Assembly (NCBI GenBank): GCA_963716725.1
Contig: CAVQUB010000013.1
Coordinates: forward strand, 384,001-448,000
Length of the DNA stretch: 64,000 nt
Source of the DNA: an uncultured delta proteobacterium
Lineage (GTDB): Bacteria > Myxococcota_A > Polyangia > Polyangiales > Polyangiaceae
Reading direction: 5' to 3'
Made by a program: the position numbers and the translations under genes. Below, piece by piece: positions 47,516-57,606 of this stretch. Numbering within the stretch: position 1 is the stretch's first letter; the number at the start of each line of letters is the position of its first letter. The notes beneath the pieces were generated by a model. That model did no database searches. It worked only from the letters and a program-made list of their open reading frames with translations, and was not told the origin of the DNA.

Positions 47516-47812
47516 GCCAGCAAAGTACAACGGTTCACAGGCGGGTCCCAGCTCGGCGTCCGGCTGGCTCGGCGGGCGGCTCAGCCAGCAGTTCCTAGTT
47601 CGGAACCAGCTTCATCTTGCAGGCGGACTCGGCCCGCGGGACCCGGAGCTGAGAGCGAGCTCGGGCGGGCTCGCGGGCAGCGCGCCCCTGGGGCGGCGCC
47701 AGGCCCGTGCGCGTTCACCCGTGTGGACGACCGGGCGCTCCAAAGGCAGTCTCGCTGCCCGGCGCCGGACGTGCGCGGCTGAATCAGCGCGGGCCGGACC
47801 AGGCGCGAACAC

Positions 47813-49009
47813 TCACGACAAGAAGCTCTCGACGGCAGCGTACACCTCGCGACTGTCGAGCAAATCGAGGTGCCCGGTCTCGAACGCCACCAACTGGTGG
47901 GCGTCCGGAAAACCCAAGCTGAGCTCGCGCTTTGGGTGTCGGCCGAGCGCGCTGTCGACGGGCACCAAGCCGTCGCCCAAGAGCTTCTCGGCTGGCTCCT
48001 TGGTGGTCGTCCCGGCGATGGCGTAGCACCGAACTCCGGCCGGAAGCTCCAGGCGAGCCCGGGGATCAGCTTGCAACGCAAAGCGATCATGTCCTTGCCA
48101 GTGCTCGTCGAGCACGTTGCCGTGGCGCAAATCCGTGACGCCAGCGCTGCGGATCTTCCCGAGTCGCGCCAGCGGCGCGCTGTAGGGGGTCGCGCCCAGC
48201 AAAACGTCGATCCAATTGCCGCCGCGTTCGAGGGGTGCGCCGTGGTGCGGTGAGCCGAGGCACACCATCGCGCCGAGCTGGGTTCGCCAGCGGTGTCCGG
48301 ACGACTCTGCCACGTGGCACGCTGCGCGCGCGACCAGGCCCCCCATGCTGTGCCCGATCAGGGTCAGCTCTTGGAGCGGTGTCGGCCATTCGGCGACGAG
48401 TCTCTCGAGCAGCTCGGAGAACGCTCGGCCGTTGGTCGAGATATGAAGCCCACTGTTGTATTGCAGGTACACGCAGGTCTTGCCCAGGCTCTTGGCGAGC
48501 GCCGCGCCGTGGTCGTGCCCACGCCGCTCCCACTGGCCGGCGTGCATGCACGAGCCGTGGATGAGCACCACGAGCTCGCCATTCGCGTCAGGCAGCGCTC
48601 GATGGATCGCCGCGCGCTCGAGCTCCAGACCAATGCCGGCGCGACCCAGGCCCATCTCAATGGCCAGCGGGTTTCCTGTCTCGCTCAGGTAGTCGCCGAG
48701 CACACCGTTGAGCGCGGCGAGCACCGCCTCGCGCTCCGGGCCCGGGGCGCTCTGCCCCAAGACGCCGCCCAGCTCGGCCAGCGCGCGGTCGATGCCCACC
48801 CCGACCCAATCGGCGACGCCACGAATGCCGCCGTAGACGAGGCCGGTGGCGAGGCGCGTCGGGCCTTCGAGCGGGCGGCCCAAGATGGCAGGCCCGCTGC
48901 CGATGGCCATATGCATGGCCTCCACTAGATCCGTGACCCGCTTGGTCGCCTCGATGGCCAGACGGCTGGCACCGCGCAAATCGTGGACGTGGCTGCGTGG
49001 TTTTTTCAC
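47813..49009 (-). CDS. PGAP1-like alpha/beta hydrolase (lipase/esterase)
   Basis: LIHG, YNSGLHISTNG, GHSMGGLVAR, LGSPHHGAPLE, GDGLVP, HLDLL. Confidence 0.88.
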   Translation of the reverse strand: MKKPRSHVHDLRGASRLAIEATKRVTDLVEAMHMAIGSGPAILGRPLEGPTRLATGLVYGGIRGVADWVGVGIDRALAELGGVLGQSAPGPEREAVLAALNGVLGDYLSETGNPLAIEMGLGRAGIGLELERAAIHRALPDANGELVVLIHGSCMHAGQWERRGHDHGAALAKSLGKTCVYLQYNSGLHISTNGRAFSELLERLVAEWPTPLQELTLIGHSMGGLVARAACHVAESSGHRWRTQLGAMVCLGSPHHGAPLERGGNWIDVLLGATPYSAPLARLGKIRSAGVTDLRHGNVLDEHWQGHDRFALQADPRARLELPAGVRCYAIAGTTTKEPAEKLLGDGLVPVDSALGRHPKRELSLGFPDAHQLVAFETGHLDLLDSREVYAAVESFLS

Positions 49010-49106
49010 CGATCCTCCTTCACGACCCGGACGGGATCGGCGGGATCGGCGTGGCGCAACGCGGAGTAGACGTGATCTTCGAAGGCGGGCATCCCGAGCG
49101 GTATTC

Positions 49107-49655
49107 CTAGAACTGATACTCGACGGTGTTGAGCGACTTTACTTTGTCCCGCCAGGAGATGCCGTGGACCTGCTGCTTGATGCAGGCGACGGCCTTGTCG
49201 TTCTTCGGTGTTGCGCTCAGGTCGATGCCCACGGCCTTGCCGTCCCAGATGGCCACGCGCAGCTTGAAGTGCTGAGCCGGTGACATCTTGCACGGCTTGT
49301 ACAGGTTCTCGTCCATCAGCGGTTTGGCGAGTGACTCTTGCTCGACGTTGACGCGTGGCGTGCCCTGGGGAACCGCGGCGATTGCCTCCTCGACCGAACC
49401 GCCTTCCTTGAAGCTGGGCTCGATGGCAACGGGCTTCTTCTCCGTCTTGCCCTGGTCGCTCGCAAGACCGTCGCCTTGGTCTTCGTCACCGCCCGCCTCC
49501 GCCTTTGGCTCCTCGCTCGGCTCGGCCTTGGCTTCCAGGGTGAGCGGCTCCGGCTCCGCCGGCGATTCGGCCGGCGCCTGATTTCCCCCGCATCCGACCA
49601 GAAACCACCCGATGCAGCCCGCTGCGATGAAGCCCCTCATGACGCGCCGGAGCAT
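49107..49655 (-). CDS. Hypothetical lipoprotein, C-terminal AgmX/PglI-like fold possible
   Basis: Lipobox LVG-C; Pro/Glu linker; C-terminal C...VACI...W domain. Confidence 0.7.
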   Translation of the reverse strand: MLRRVMRGFIAAGCIGWFLVGCGGNQAPAESPAEPEPLTLEAKAEPSEEPKAEAGGDEDQGDGLASDQGKTEKKPVAIEPSFKEGGSVEEAIAAVPQGTPRVNVEQESLAKPLMDENLYKPCKMSPAQHFKLRVAIWDGKAVGIDLSATPKNDKAVACIKQQVHGISWRDKVKSLNTVEYQF

Positions 49656-49691
49656 ATCTCCGCCAACCACCCGCCGTCGAGGGGGCGCGTC

Positions 49692-52600
49692 TCAGACTGC
49701 AACGCCGAGCAGGGCGTAGAGTTCCTTCTTCACTTCCCCACGGCTGACCCGGGCCCGGGCCTCGACGTCGCTCCGTCCAAGCGGCCCGGCCAGACCGATC
49801 AGCACACGGCCGACGGTCGTGAGGACCAATACGCTCTCGCCCGGGCTGCCGGTCGCGTCCTTGATCATGGCCATGAAGGACATGCGTACCGGGCGCAGCG
49901 CTCGGCGCAGCACGTCGACGGCGGCCACCCGAGCGTCGACGGTCGCGGCACTCAAGGCGCCCGCCGCGGCAGCCCTCAGTTCTTCGCTGGCACCCGTGGT
50001 GGTGTTCAGGATGCGGTCGATTCGCGACACGGCGAGCTGATCGATGAGCCCGGCCTGGCGAAGCCCAGACAGGGCGGCGATACGTACGCCGTCGTCGGTG
50101 TCGTTGAGCGCGCTCACGAGGGCGTCGCGAGCGTGGGCGCCGAGGGCGGATGCCATCAGAGCCGTGGCCGACCGCCGAACCGCTGGCGCCTCGTGGCGCA
50201 AAAACTCCGCGATGATCGGCCCGAGTTTGGGAAACAACCGCTCCGGAAGCGCCCGCAGTAGGTCCTCCGCTTCGTGGGGATTTGAACGGGGTCCCTGGGC
50301 CGCGAGCTGTGCGAGTTGTTCGGCGACGACGGCGACGCCGGTCTCGCCGACGGACCGGAGCGCCGCGATGAATCGCCCGCGCACGGCCGGATCGTCGCCC
50401 TCTCGCTCCCGGGCGACGATCAGCGAACGTGCTCCGGCCGATCCGGCAAAGTGCAGGATCCCGATGCCGGCGTTGCGCTGATCACCAGTGCCTCGGAGGA
50501 GCGCTTGGGCGACGGCCCCGAGCACCTCGGGCTCCCGGATGGTTTCGGATGCCCGCGCGGTCAATGCCTCGTGACTGTTGCCCCCGGGTTCGACCCCCCC
50601 GGAGAGTTCACGCAGCCGCGCGGCGGTGGCCCAGAGCGCCGGGCTGTCCTCGCGTCGCGCCAGCACTCGCATCGCGCGACGCACACGTTCGATATCTCGT
50701 TCGAAGCCGGGCAGCTCCGGGATCGACTGCACCTTGGCGAGTACCTGTACGGCGTCGCGCGACAGATCGAAGGCCAAGAGCTCTGCATCGGCCCACTCTT
50801 GGAGGGCAACGGGCAGATCCTCGAGCTCGAGCACCGAGCCTTCGTAGAACCTCCGGAGCAGATCGTAGGTATCCGGTTCGTCCCGCGCCACCAGGACCTC
50901 GGCGAGCGCTCGGGCGATGCCCGCCTCGAAATCGGCATTGATCCCCGCTCGGCTCGAGAGTTCGTCCAGAACGATCGCCGATACGTCTGCGATCTCTTCC
51001 ACCGAGAGCGCCTGCAGCACGGCCCGGCGGACATCCACCTTCGCGACATGGGGCAGGTGCGCGAGCAAGGCGCGAACCTGCCCCAGATTGGCCAGGAGTT
51101 CGCGGATCTCTGCGGGCGCGAGCCCCGCGGTGACGTCGACCACCGCGGTACGAAACGGGTTCGAGTCGCGACCCGCGAGCGCGGCGCCGGCCACGCCGCC
51201 CAGATCGAAGACGATGCGAGTCAGCGCCAGGGCCACGGTCCGGGAGATGTGCACATCGACCGAGCCCACCAGGTCGCTCGCCGCCAGCACGACCACGCCA
51301 CGGCCCGTGCGCTCCCTGAGTCGAGTGATGACCTCTCGTGGAGAGAATCCGGTCTCGAAGGCCCAGACCAAGTCCGCCAGCTCGGCGCGACCCACCCCCT
51401 CTTTGATGGCCAAGCACGCCACGTCGTGGTGAGCGAGCACTTCGACGAGGCGACGCACGTAGGGCTCCGCCGTGTGGCCGACCAGCGCGCGGATCTCGTA
51501 GGACTCGCCAGTACCGCTCTGCACGCGCAGGTCGCCCCCGTCGATGGCGCGGGTCAGAAAGCGCACCTCTCCGCGGCCGCCGATCACGGTTCGCGTGGCG
51601 GTGGCCAGGCGGTCGAGCGTTCGCTCGCGTTCAACCTCGTCGGGAACACCGCCCGGAGCGAGGCCAGCCGTCACGGCGATGAATAGCTCGAGGAAGCCGG
51701 ACTCGGGACTGTCGAGCGACACGCTGGTCCGCTGGGCGTCCCGTGCGCTCGAACGCGCGTCGACGAGCGCACGCAGGTCGCCCCGCAGATCCCGCGCGGA
51801 CGGGTAGCGCGCGTCGCGGTTCTTGGCGAGGGACCGCAAGATGATGTTCTCGAGCCGCGGATCCACTCGCGGGTCGAGCGCCCGCGGGCGCGGTGGCTCG
51901 TTGTAGAGCTGCATCTGAACGACGTCCATCGCGCTCTCGGCGTCGAAGGGCAGCCGGCGCGTCCCAATCTCGAAGAGCATGACTCCGACGGCGTAAACGT
52001 CGGCCCGCCCGTCGAGGCGCTCACCACGGATCTGCTCCGGCGCCATGTACTGCGGGGTGCCGGCCACCAGATTCACGGCGGAAGCCGCCAACGAGCCATC
52101 GTCTTTGCCCGCGCGCGGCGATTCCACGGTGGCCAGGCCGAAGTCGCAGACCTTGACCACGTCCACGACGTTGCCGTCTTCGTCAGCGCCGGTCGCGATG
52201 ATCACGTTCTCGGGCTTGATGTCGCGATGCACGATGCCCTGCTCGTGGGCAGCGGCCAGCGCAGAGCAGACTTGAATCATCACCTCGATCTCACGCTCGC
52301 GGCCCAGCGTTCGCTCGTTGAAGATCGTCCGGAGCTCTTTGCCCGTGACGAGCTCCATCACCAAGTAGAGCAATCCGTCGGGCTCTTCCCCAAAATCGAG
52401 GACGCGCAGCACATTCGGATGATCGAGCTTGCTGGCCGCAAGCGCTTCGGCGTGGAACCGCTTGTCGAAGCCCGGGGCAGCGCGAAAGTGAGCGTGCATG
52501 ACCTTGACCGCCACGGCGCGCCGCAACGCAACCTGTTGGGCTCGGTAGACGACGCCGGTGGCGCCGGCCCCCAGGGCCACCTCGATCACGTACTTTCCTC

Positions 52601-53108
52601 CCGCCACCGATCGCCCCACCAGTGGATCGGCGGTGTCGAAGCGCGGTGGCGCCGAGAGCGCTTGACCCATGCCGGCAACGTGGGGAACCGTCGACAGCTT
52701 CCGGTAAGGCGCCTGTGAGGGTGGCGGCATCTCGAGTTCAATGCGGTTGTCACTCTCCATCCGATCGACGACGGAGAGCATTTCCCAGCGTCCGGGCGCG
52801 TACTTCTCGGCGACGCCGGTGCCCAGGTCATCCGACGCCGAGCAGGCGAGCACCAGCAGTTGCCCGGCATGTGCGTCGTCGAAGGGACGCAGGCGCACCG
52901 GGACCATGCCGGCGCTGCCTTCCCCGTCGGGCTGCCCGAGCAGCACCACCGGGCGCAGTCCCGGCACCCGAAGCTCGAACACGTTCGGGCGCGGACGGAC
53001 CTTCTGCTCGCCAACGGGAACGAGCACGACGTCGCCGCTGAGCGCGGCCTGAACCAAGCCGATCAACTCGGCGTGGTCGAAGAGATCGACAAAGACGACA
53101 GGGAGCAA
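49692..53108 (-). CDS. Cytoplasmic Hanks-type Ser/Thr kinase with C-terminal HEAT/ARM-like repeats
   Basis: LGAGATGVVY, AVKV, HRDIKPEN, DFG, GTPQYMAPE, DVYAVG; HEAT-like VRRSA/VRIAAL/LRAAAA repeats. Confidence 0.92.
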   Translation of the reverse strand: MLPVVFVDLFDHAELIGLVQAALSGDVVLVPVGEQKVRPRPNVFELRVPGLRPVVLLGQPDGEGSAGMVPVRLRPFDDAHAGQLLVLACSASDDLGTGVAEKYAPGRWEMLSVVDRMESDNRIELEMPPPSQAPYRKLSTVPHVAGMGQALSAPPRFDTADPLVGRSVAGGKYVIEVALGAGATGVVYRAQQVALRRAVAVKVMHAHFRAAPGFDKRFHAEALAASKLDHPNVLRVLDFGEEPDGLLYLVMELVTGKELRTIFNERTLGREREIEVMIQVCSALAAAHEQGIVHRDIKPENVIIATGADEDGNVVDVVKVCDFGLATVESPRAGKDDGSLAASAVNLVAGTPQYMAPEQIRGERLDGRADVYAVGVMLFEIGTRRLPFDAESAMDVVQMQLYNEPPRPRALDPRVDPRLENIILRSLAKNRDARYPSARDLRGDLRALVDARSSARDAQRTSVSLDSPESGFLELFIAVTAGLAPGGVPDEVERERTLDRLATATRTVIGGRGEVRFLTRAIDGGDLRVQSGTGESYEIRALVGHTAEPYVRRLVEVLAHHDVACLAIKEGVGRAELADLVWAFETGFSPREVITRLRERTGRGVVVLAASDLVGSVDVHISRTVALALTRIVFDLGGVAGAALAGRDSNPFRTAVVDVTAGLAPAEIRELLANLGQVRALLAHLPHVAKVDVRRAVLQALSVEEIADVSAIVLDELSSRAGINADFEAGIARALAEVLVARDEPDTYDLLRRFYEGSVLELEDLPVALQEWADAELLAFDLSRDAVQVLAKVQSIPELPGFERDIERVRRAMRVLARREDSPALWATAARLRELSGGVEPGGNSHEALTARASETIREPEVLGAVAQALLRGTGDQRNAGIGILHFAGSAGARSLIVAREREGDDPAVRGRFIAALRSVGETGVAVVAEQLAQLAAQGPRSNPHEAEDLLRALPERLFPKLGPIIAEFLRHEAPAVRRSATALMASALGAHARDALVSALNDTDDGVRIAALSGLRQAGLIDQLAVSRIDRILNTTTGASEELRAAAAGALSAATVDARVAAVDVLRRALRPVRMSFMAMIKDATGSPGESVLVLTTVGRVLIGLAGPLGRSDVEARARVSRGEVKKELYALLGVAV

Positions 53109-53143
53109 TTCTCGGTCATCTTAGCGGAAAACGCCCAGGCGGG

Positions 53144-54109
53144 TCAGCGCCACCGTGCAAGGAGTGCGTCGAGGGACCCCAAGAAGGGCACTCGTCCGTG
53201 GGCCAAGACGTCGAGGTCGTCTTGCATTCGTGACCGCACTCGCTCGTAGGAGCCGGCGAGTGCCTCGGGATCGCGCGGATCGACGTCACCGAGAAGGATC
53301 GGGCTGCCGAAGCGGAGCGAGGTCTGCGCCGGGAGCGGAATGTACGGAAGAAACCCGCTGGTGATGCCCCAGGGCAGGGAGAACACTATGGGAAATACCT
53401 CGGCGCGCAGGCGGCGCTTGAGACCCAGGGCGCGAGCGAGCCGGTCACCCCGCGAGAGCACTATGAACTGCTCGTGGGTCCCAACGCTCACCACCGGGAT
53501 GATGGGCACCCGGTGTCGGAGTGCCAGCTCGAGGAAACCGGTTCGCCCGCCGAGCTCGATCCGGTGACGATGGCTGAAGCGGCGCGTGGAGTCCAGATCG
53601 GACCCCGGATAGACCAAGACCAAGCGACCTCGGTCCAGCGCCCGCGACGCCGCCTCGTGATCGGCCCGGAGCGCGCCGAACCGGACGGCCAGCTCGCGCA
53701 GACGCTGCCGCTGGAACAAGATGTCGTGAGCCAGTGGGTGAACGATGCGCTCGGGGCCAACGCGATCCCGAATCGCTACCACCGTCAGCAGGCTGTCGAA
53801 GGTCTGGAGGCCACCGTTGTGGTTGCCAACGAGCAGCGCCGGCCCGTCCACGGGCACGTTCTCGACGCCCGACGCGGTCCAACGGAAGTATCGCTCGCCG
53901 ATGGCCCGAGACAGGTCGAGGACGAGCTCGACGAGCTCGGGATCGCGGGCGTCGATGCCGTCGGCGCCGCCCCGGACCTGGTGCCGTCCGGTCGCGAGGT
54001 CCAGCGCCGCTCCGATCAGGCCGCCCGGGCCGAGCTCCCAGAAGTCGCCGGGCCGGAAATGTTCAGAGGCCCGCTCCCGCCACTCATCGAAGGAGAACTC
54101 GCCACTCAC
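53144..54109 (-). CDS. Lysophospholipid/diacylglycerol acyltransferase family protein
   Basis: LLVGNHNGG...D, LVYPG, GRTGF..LAL, PIIPVVSVG; start assigned to the GTG 6 nt after TATGAA. Confidence 0.88.
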   Translation of the reverse strand: MSGEFSFDEWRERASEHFRPGDFWELGPGGLIGAALDLATGRHQVRGGADGIDARDPELVELVLDLSRAIGERYFRWTASGVENVPVDGPALLVGNHNGGLQTFDSLLTVVAIRDRVGPERIVHPLAHDILFQRQRLRELAVRFGALRADHEAASRALDRGRLVLVYPGSDLDSTRRFSHRHRIELGGRTGFLELALRHRVPIIPVVSVGTHEQFIVLSRGDRLARALGLKRRLRAEVFPIVFSLPWGITSGFLPYIPLPAQTSLRFGSPILLGDVDPRDPEALAGSYERVRSRMQDDLDVLAHGRVPFLGSLDALLARWR

Positions 54110-54218
54110 CCAGCTTTCATAGCGCAAAACACCCCACGTTTCGCGCTCCGCTTTCGGCGAGGCCCGCCGCGGCCCATGGCCGGGCGCCGCCCCTCGCGTT
54201 CGGCCCGTGCTCTGGGCG

Positions 54219-55319
54219 ATGATGAGCGCCCGCGTGGACTTCGTGGAACCTCAACCGGGATTGGTCGTCGGCGACCGCTACCGTCTCGACGTGCTGATCG
54301 GCGAGGGCGCGTTCGGCCGGGTGTACCGCGCCACGGACTTGAAGGACGGCGCCGGTGTCGCGCTGAAGCTGCTCGCGGCAGAGAGCGTCGATGCCGCCGG
54401 CCTCGATCGATTCCGACGCGAGGCCGAGTTGGCAACGCGCCTCCGTCATCCGAATACCATCCGCCTGATCGGCTTCAACCTCCGCTCCAAGCCCCTGCCA
54501 TTCATCGTCTACGAGCTGCTCGAAGGCGAGTCCCTCAAGCAGCTGATGAGCCGCGAGGGGCCGCTCTCGGAGATGCGCGCGGCGACCATCGGCATGCAGG
54601 TGCTGCGCAGCTTGATGGAAGCCCACGAGGTCGGGATCGTTCATCGGGATATCAAGCCAGGCAACGTGTTCGTCTGCAGCGACGACGCCCGGCTCGGCTC
54701 GGTCAAGGTGCTCGACTTCGGCATCGCGAAGAGCGTCGACGGCCTGGAGGCACAGGTCACCGCCGCCGGCATCCTGGTGGGAACTCCGCGCTACATGCCG
54801 CCGGAGCAAATCCGAGGCGAGACCCCCATTCCCGCGATGGACCTCTACGCTACCGGGACGATGCTTGCTGAAATGCTCAGCGGCGAGCCAACGCTCACCT
54901 GCTCGGTGGCTGAGGCCTGCCTCGCTCAGTTGGCTCCCAGACGCATTCCCCTGCCGAGCTTCCTCCAGAGCTCGGGCCTGTGGCCGATCATCTGGCGCGC
55001 GACGGACAAAGTGCTCGCCACTCGCTACGGCACTGCCAATGAGATGCTCGGCGAACTCGAGCGCGTCTACGCCACGCTCTCGACCGCGCCGCTGGTCGAG
55101 CGCGGGCCCACCGCAGACGGTTCACGAAGCTCCGTGGTGCCCACCGCGATCATGCAAACGCCGGATCCCATCCCGGCGCCGCAGACGCCACCGTCGGCGG
55201 CGGTCGAGCCAGAGCCCCGGAGCGCGCGCTGGCTCGTGGCCACCGCCACCCTGCTGCTCGTCGCCATCGCGCTGACGGCCTATGGTCTGTACTGGGCTCG
55301 GACGCAGGGCGCGCTCTGA
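54219..55319 (+). CDS. Membrane-anchored Ser/Thr protein kinase
   Basis: IGEGAFGRVY, ALK, HRDIKPGN, DFG, GTPRYMPPE; C-terminal TM. Confidence 0.93.
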   Translation: MMSARVDFVEPQPGLVVGDRYRLDVLIGEGAFGRVYRATDLKDGAGVALKLLAAESVDAAGLDRFRREAELATRLRHPNTIRLIGFNLRSKPLPFIVYELLEGESLKQLMSREGPLSEMRAATIGMQVLRSLMEAHEVGIVHRDIKPGNVFVCSDDARLGSVKVLDFGIAKSVDGLEAQVTAAGILVGTPRYMPPEQIRGETPIPAMDLYATGTMLAEMLSGEPTLTCSVAEACLAQLAPRRIPLPSFLQSSGLWPIIWRATDKVLATRYGTANEMLGELERVYATLSTAPLVERGPTADGSRSSVVPTAIMQTPDPIPAPQTPPSAAVEPEPRSARWLVATATLLLVAIALTAYGLYWARTQGAL

Positions 55320-55346
55320 GATCTCGAACGCACGAGCACTCGCGCG

Positions 55347-55661
55347 CTACTGAACAACGATCGGCGGTGTTGCAGCGGCGTCGTTGGCGCCGGCGTCCGG
55401 GGACTCGCGTTGCGCGCCGCCGTCCGGGCGAGACGCGCCGCCCCAGAGGCCGCCGTGGTCCGCGTCGGGCGCGAAATCGACCGGCGGCCCGGGATCTGTT
55501 GGGGTGCCCTTGGAGGTCTCGAGGTCATCGCTCGCCCCGGTCGCGCCCGCACTTCCGCCCGCACCCTGCGGCTCGTCGGAACCGGGGACTTCCGGCTGCG
55601 GATTCAGATCGCAGCCAACGAGCAGAAAAAACGGGAAAAAGACGAGGACGAGCCAGCGCAT
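55347..55661 (-). CDS. Small lipoprotein with LNPQP motif
   Basis: MRWLVLVFFPFFLLVG-C-DLNPQPEVP followed by a low-complexity tail. Confidence 0.7.
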   Translation of the reverse strand: MRWLVLVFFPFFLLVGCDLNPQPEVPGSDEPQGAGGSAGATGASDDLETSKGTPTDPGPPVDFAPDADHGGLWGGASRPDGGAQRESPDAGANDAAATPPIVVQ

Positions 55662-55835
55662 GGCCACCCCTGGGCAACGAGCGGAACGAGCCGCCCCGGC
55701 AGTGGGCCACGGAACGGACCAGTGCGCAACCGAGCCGCGTTCGGCTGCCGCGACGCCCCGCTTCCCGGCACGGGCCAGGTCGGGTACCTCCAATGAACCT
55801 CCGCCCGATCTCGATGGGTGCGGATTCGGCTCCGA

Positions 55836-57602
55836 ATGAAACAAGTCGACTTTTACGGCTTGCCCCGGCCAGTGCAGGACCGGGTGCTCGACTCGCTCGG
55901 CGGGCGGTTCGAGCCACGCCCCATGCTGCATCGGCTCGGCGCGGCTGCTCGAGCTCCCCGCTGGCTCGCCGTCGCGGGCACCGGCGCCATCGGCGCCTGC
56001 GTGGTCGCTTTCGCCGGTTTGGGCAAGGTCGAGAGTCCGCTGGCGCTGCACTCCATTCCGGTCGTCGCGATCTACGCCGCACTGATGGCCACCGTCGGCA
56101 TCGGGCTGCTGTCGGCGCTGGAGCACAAATCCCGCATCGGCGCCTTGCCATTCAGACCTGGCATCTACCTGTTCGGCTCGGCACTGATCGACGCGCGCGC
56201 CAGCCGCCTGAAAGTGTACCCACTCGATAGTCTGGCGCGACTCGCGAAGGGTCCAGGGTCGATGGTCACGCTGGTGTTCGGCTCTGCACACTTCTCCCTG
56301 CCGCTTGCCGACCCTGCCCGCGCTGACGAGGCCGTGCAGTTGATCGAGGGCGCCAAGAACCGCCTCGCCATCCTCGATGAGAGGGGCCGCTTCGAAATCG
56401 ATCCGCTCGAGCCCGCGGCGGTCGCGAGCCCCCTCGCTCCGACGGCCCCGCTCACGCGCCGGGCTCCGCTTTGGGAGCAGCAGCGATGGACGCTCGGCAT
56501 CCTGGTCGGATGCCTGCTGGGCGCGGTGATCTTCTGGCTACGAAACACCGCCAGCGACAACCGCATGCTGGCCTCCGCGCAGCGAAAAGACGACGTGGCC
56601 GCGTATCGCGGCTACTTGGCCCGCGGCAAGCGCCACCGGGAGATCGTCTCGAGCGTGCTGTTGCCGAGGGCGGTGCTGCGCGGCGCCATCGAAACAGGAT
56701 CCGTCGCGGCTATCGACGCCTTCACGCGGGACTTTCCCGAGACGGGGATCAAGCCCGAGGTGGAGGCCGCGCGCCGCAATGCCATGGTGGCCGAGTTCGA
56801 GCGCGCGCGCGCGAAAGGCACCCTGGCTGCGCTCTTGGACTTCGGGCAGGAGCACCCGGATCACGGCCTGGAGACCCCGTTCAACGAAGCACGCAGCGCA
56901 CTCTTCGCGCACGCCAAGGCCCGCTACCGAAGAGAGATGGCGGAAGGAGCCGAGGATCACGCCGCCCTCGTTGACCGCTTGATCAGCTACGCCGAAAAGG
57001 CGGGAGCCAAGCGGACCGACGCCGGCCATCGCGGGCCAGCGGTCGAGATTCGGTTTCAGCGCCTCGCTTCCAAGACCCTCGGGCGCGCCGACGCCGCCAT
57101 CCGTAAGAATCCGATGTTCAACGGCGCGGCGAGCTATCCCGCCCAGTACTTCGAGCCAAAGCGCCTCGAGCCGAACGAGGCCGCCGTGGCCAACGCCCTC
57201 AAAGAGCGTTTCGTGAAGGTGTTCGAGCCGGAGATCCTGACCTTCGTCGTCGGGGCCCCGGTCGAGGGCGAGTCGGAAGAGCCCCCGGAGCCGACCGTGC
57301 CAACGCTGTTCATCAGCCACCGACTCGAATGGTCCGGCGGCGCAGTGGCCCGCGACAAGCCCCGAGGTGTGTTCATCGGCATCTTGTTGTTCTTCAAGAC
57401 AGCCTTCGTCATCCCGGGTGACACCGCGCCGCTCAAGAGCAAGTACACGGCGGGCGAAAACGTCTCGCACGACTTGATCGCCAAGAATGCCGACAAGCCT
57501 TCGGCAGGGGCCCTCGAATCAGCAGTCTACGAGAGCTTGCTGAACGACGGCTTCGCCCAGTTCCGCAGCCGCTACCTGGCCAAGTGGTTCGCCAAGCCCT
57601 GA
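55836..57602 (+). CDS. Hypothetical membrane protein with extracytoplasmic helical repeats
   Basis: Three TM segments, then AAYRGYL / IDAF..DFP short helical repeats. Confidence 0.72.
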   Translation: MKQVDFYGLPRPVQDRVLDSLGGRFEPRPMLHRLGAAARAPRWLAVAGTGAIGACVVAFAGLGKVESPLALHSIPVVAIYAALMATVGIGLLSALEHKSRIGALPFRPGIYLFGSALIDARASRLKVYPLDSLARLAKGPGSMVTLVFGSAHFSLPLADPARADEAVQLIEGAKNRLAILDERGRFEIDPLEPAAVASPLAPTAPLTRRAPLWEQQRWTLGILVGCLLGAVIFWLRNTASDNRMLASAQRKDDVAAYRGYLARGKRHREIVSSVLLPRAVLRGAIETGSVAAIDAFTRDFPETGIKPEVEAARRNAMVAEFERARAKGTLAALLDFGQEHPDHGLETPFNEARSALFAHAKARYRREMAEGAEDHAALVDRLISYAEKAGAKRTDAGHRGPAVEIRFQRLASKTLGRADAAIRKNPMFNGAASYPAQYFEPKRLEPNEAAVANALKERFVKVFEPEILTFVVGAPVEGESEEPPEPTVPTLFISHRLEWSGGAVARDKPRGVFIGILLFFKTAFVIPGDTAPLKSKYTAGENVSHDLIAKNADKPSAGALESAVYESLLNDGFAQFRSRYLAKWFAKP

Positions 57603-57606
57603 AGGC

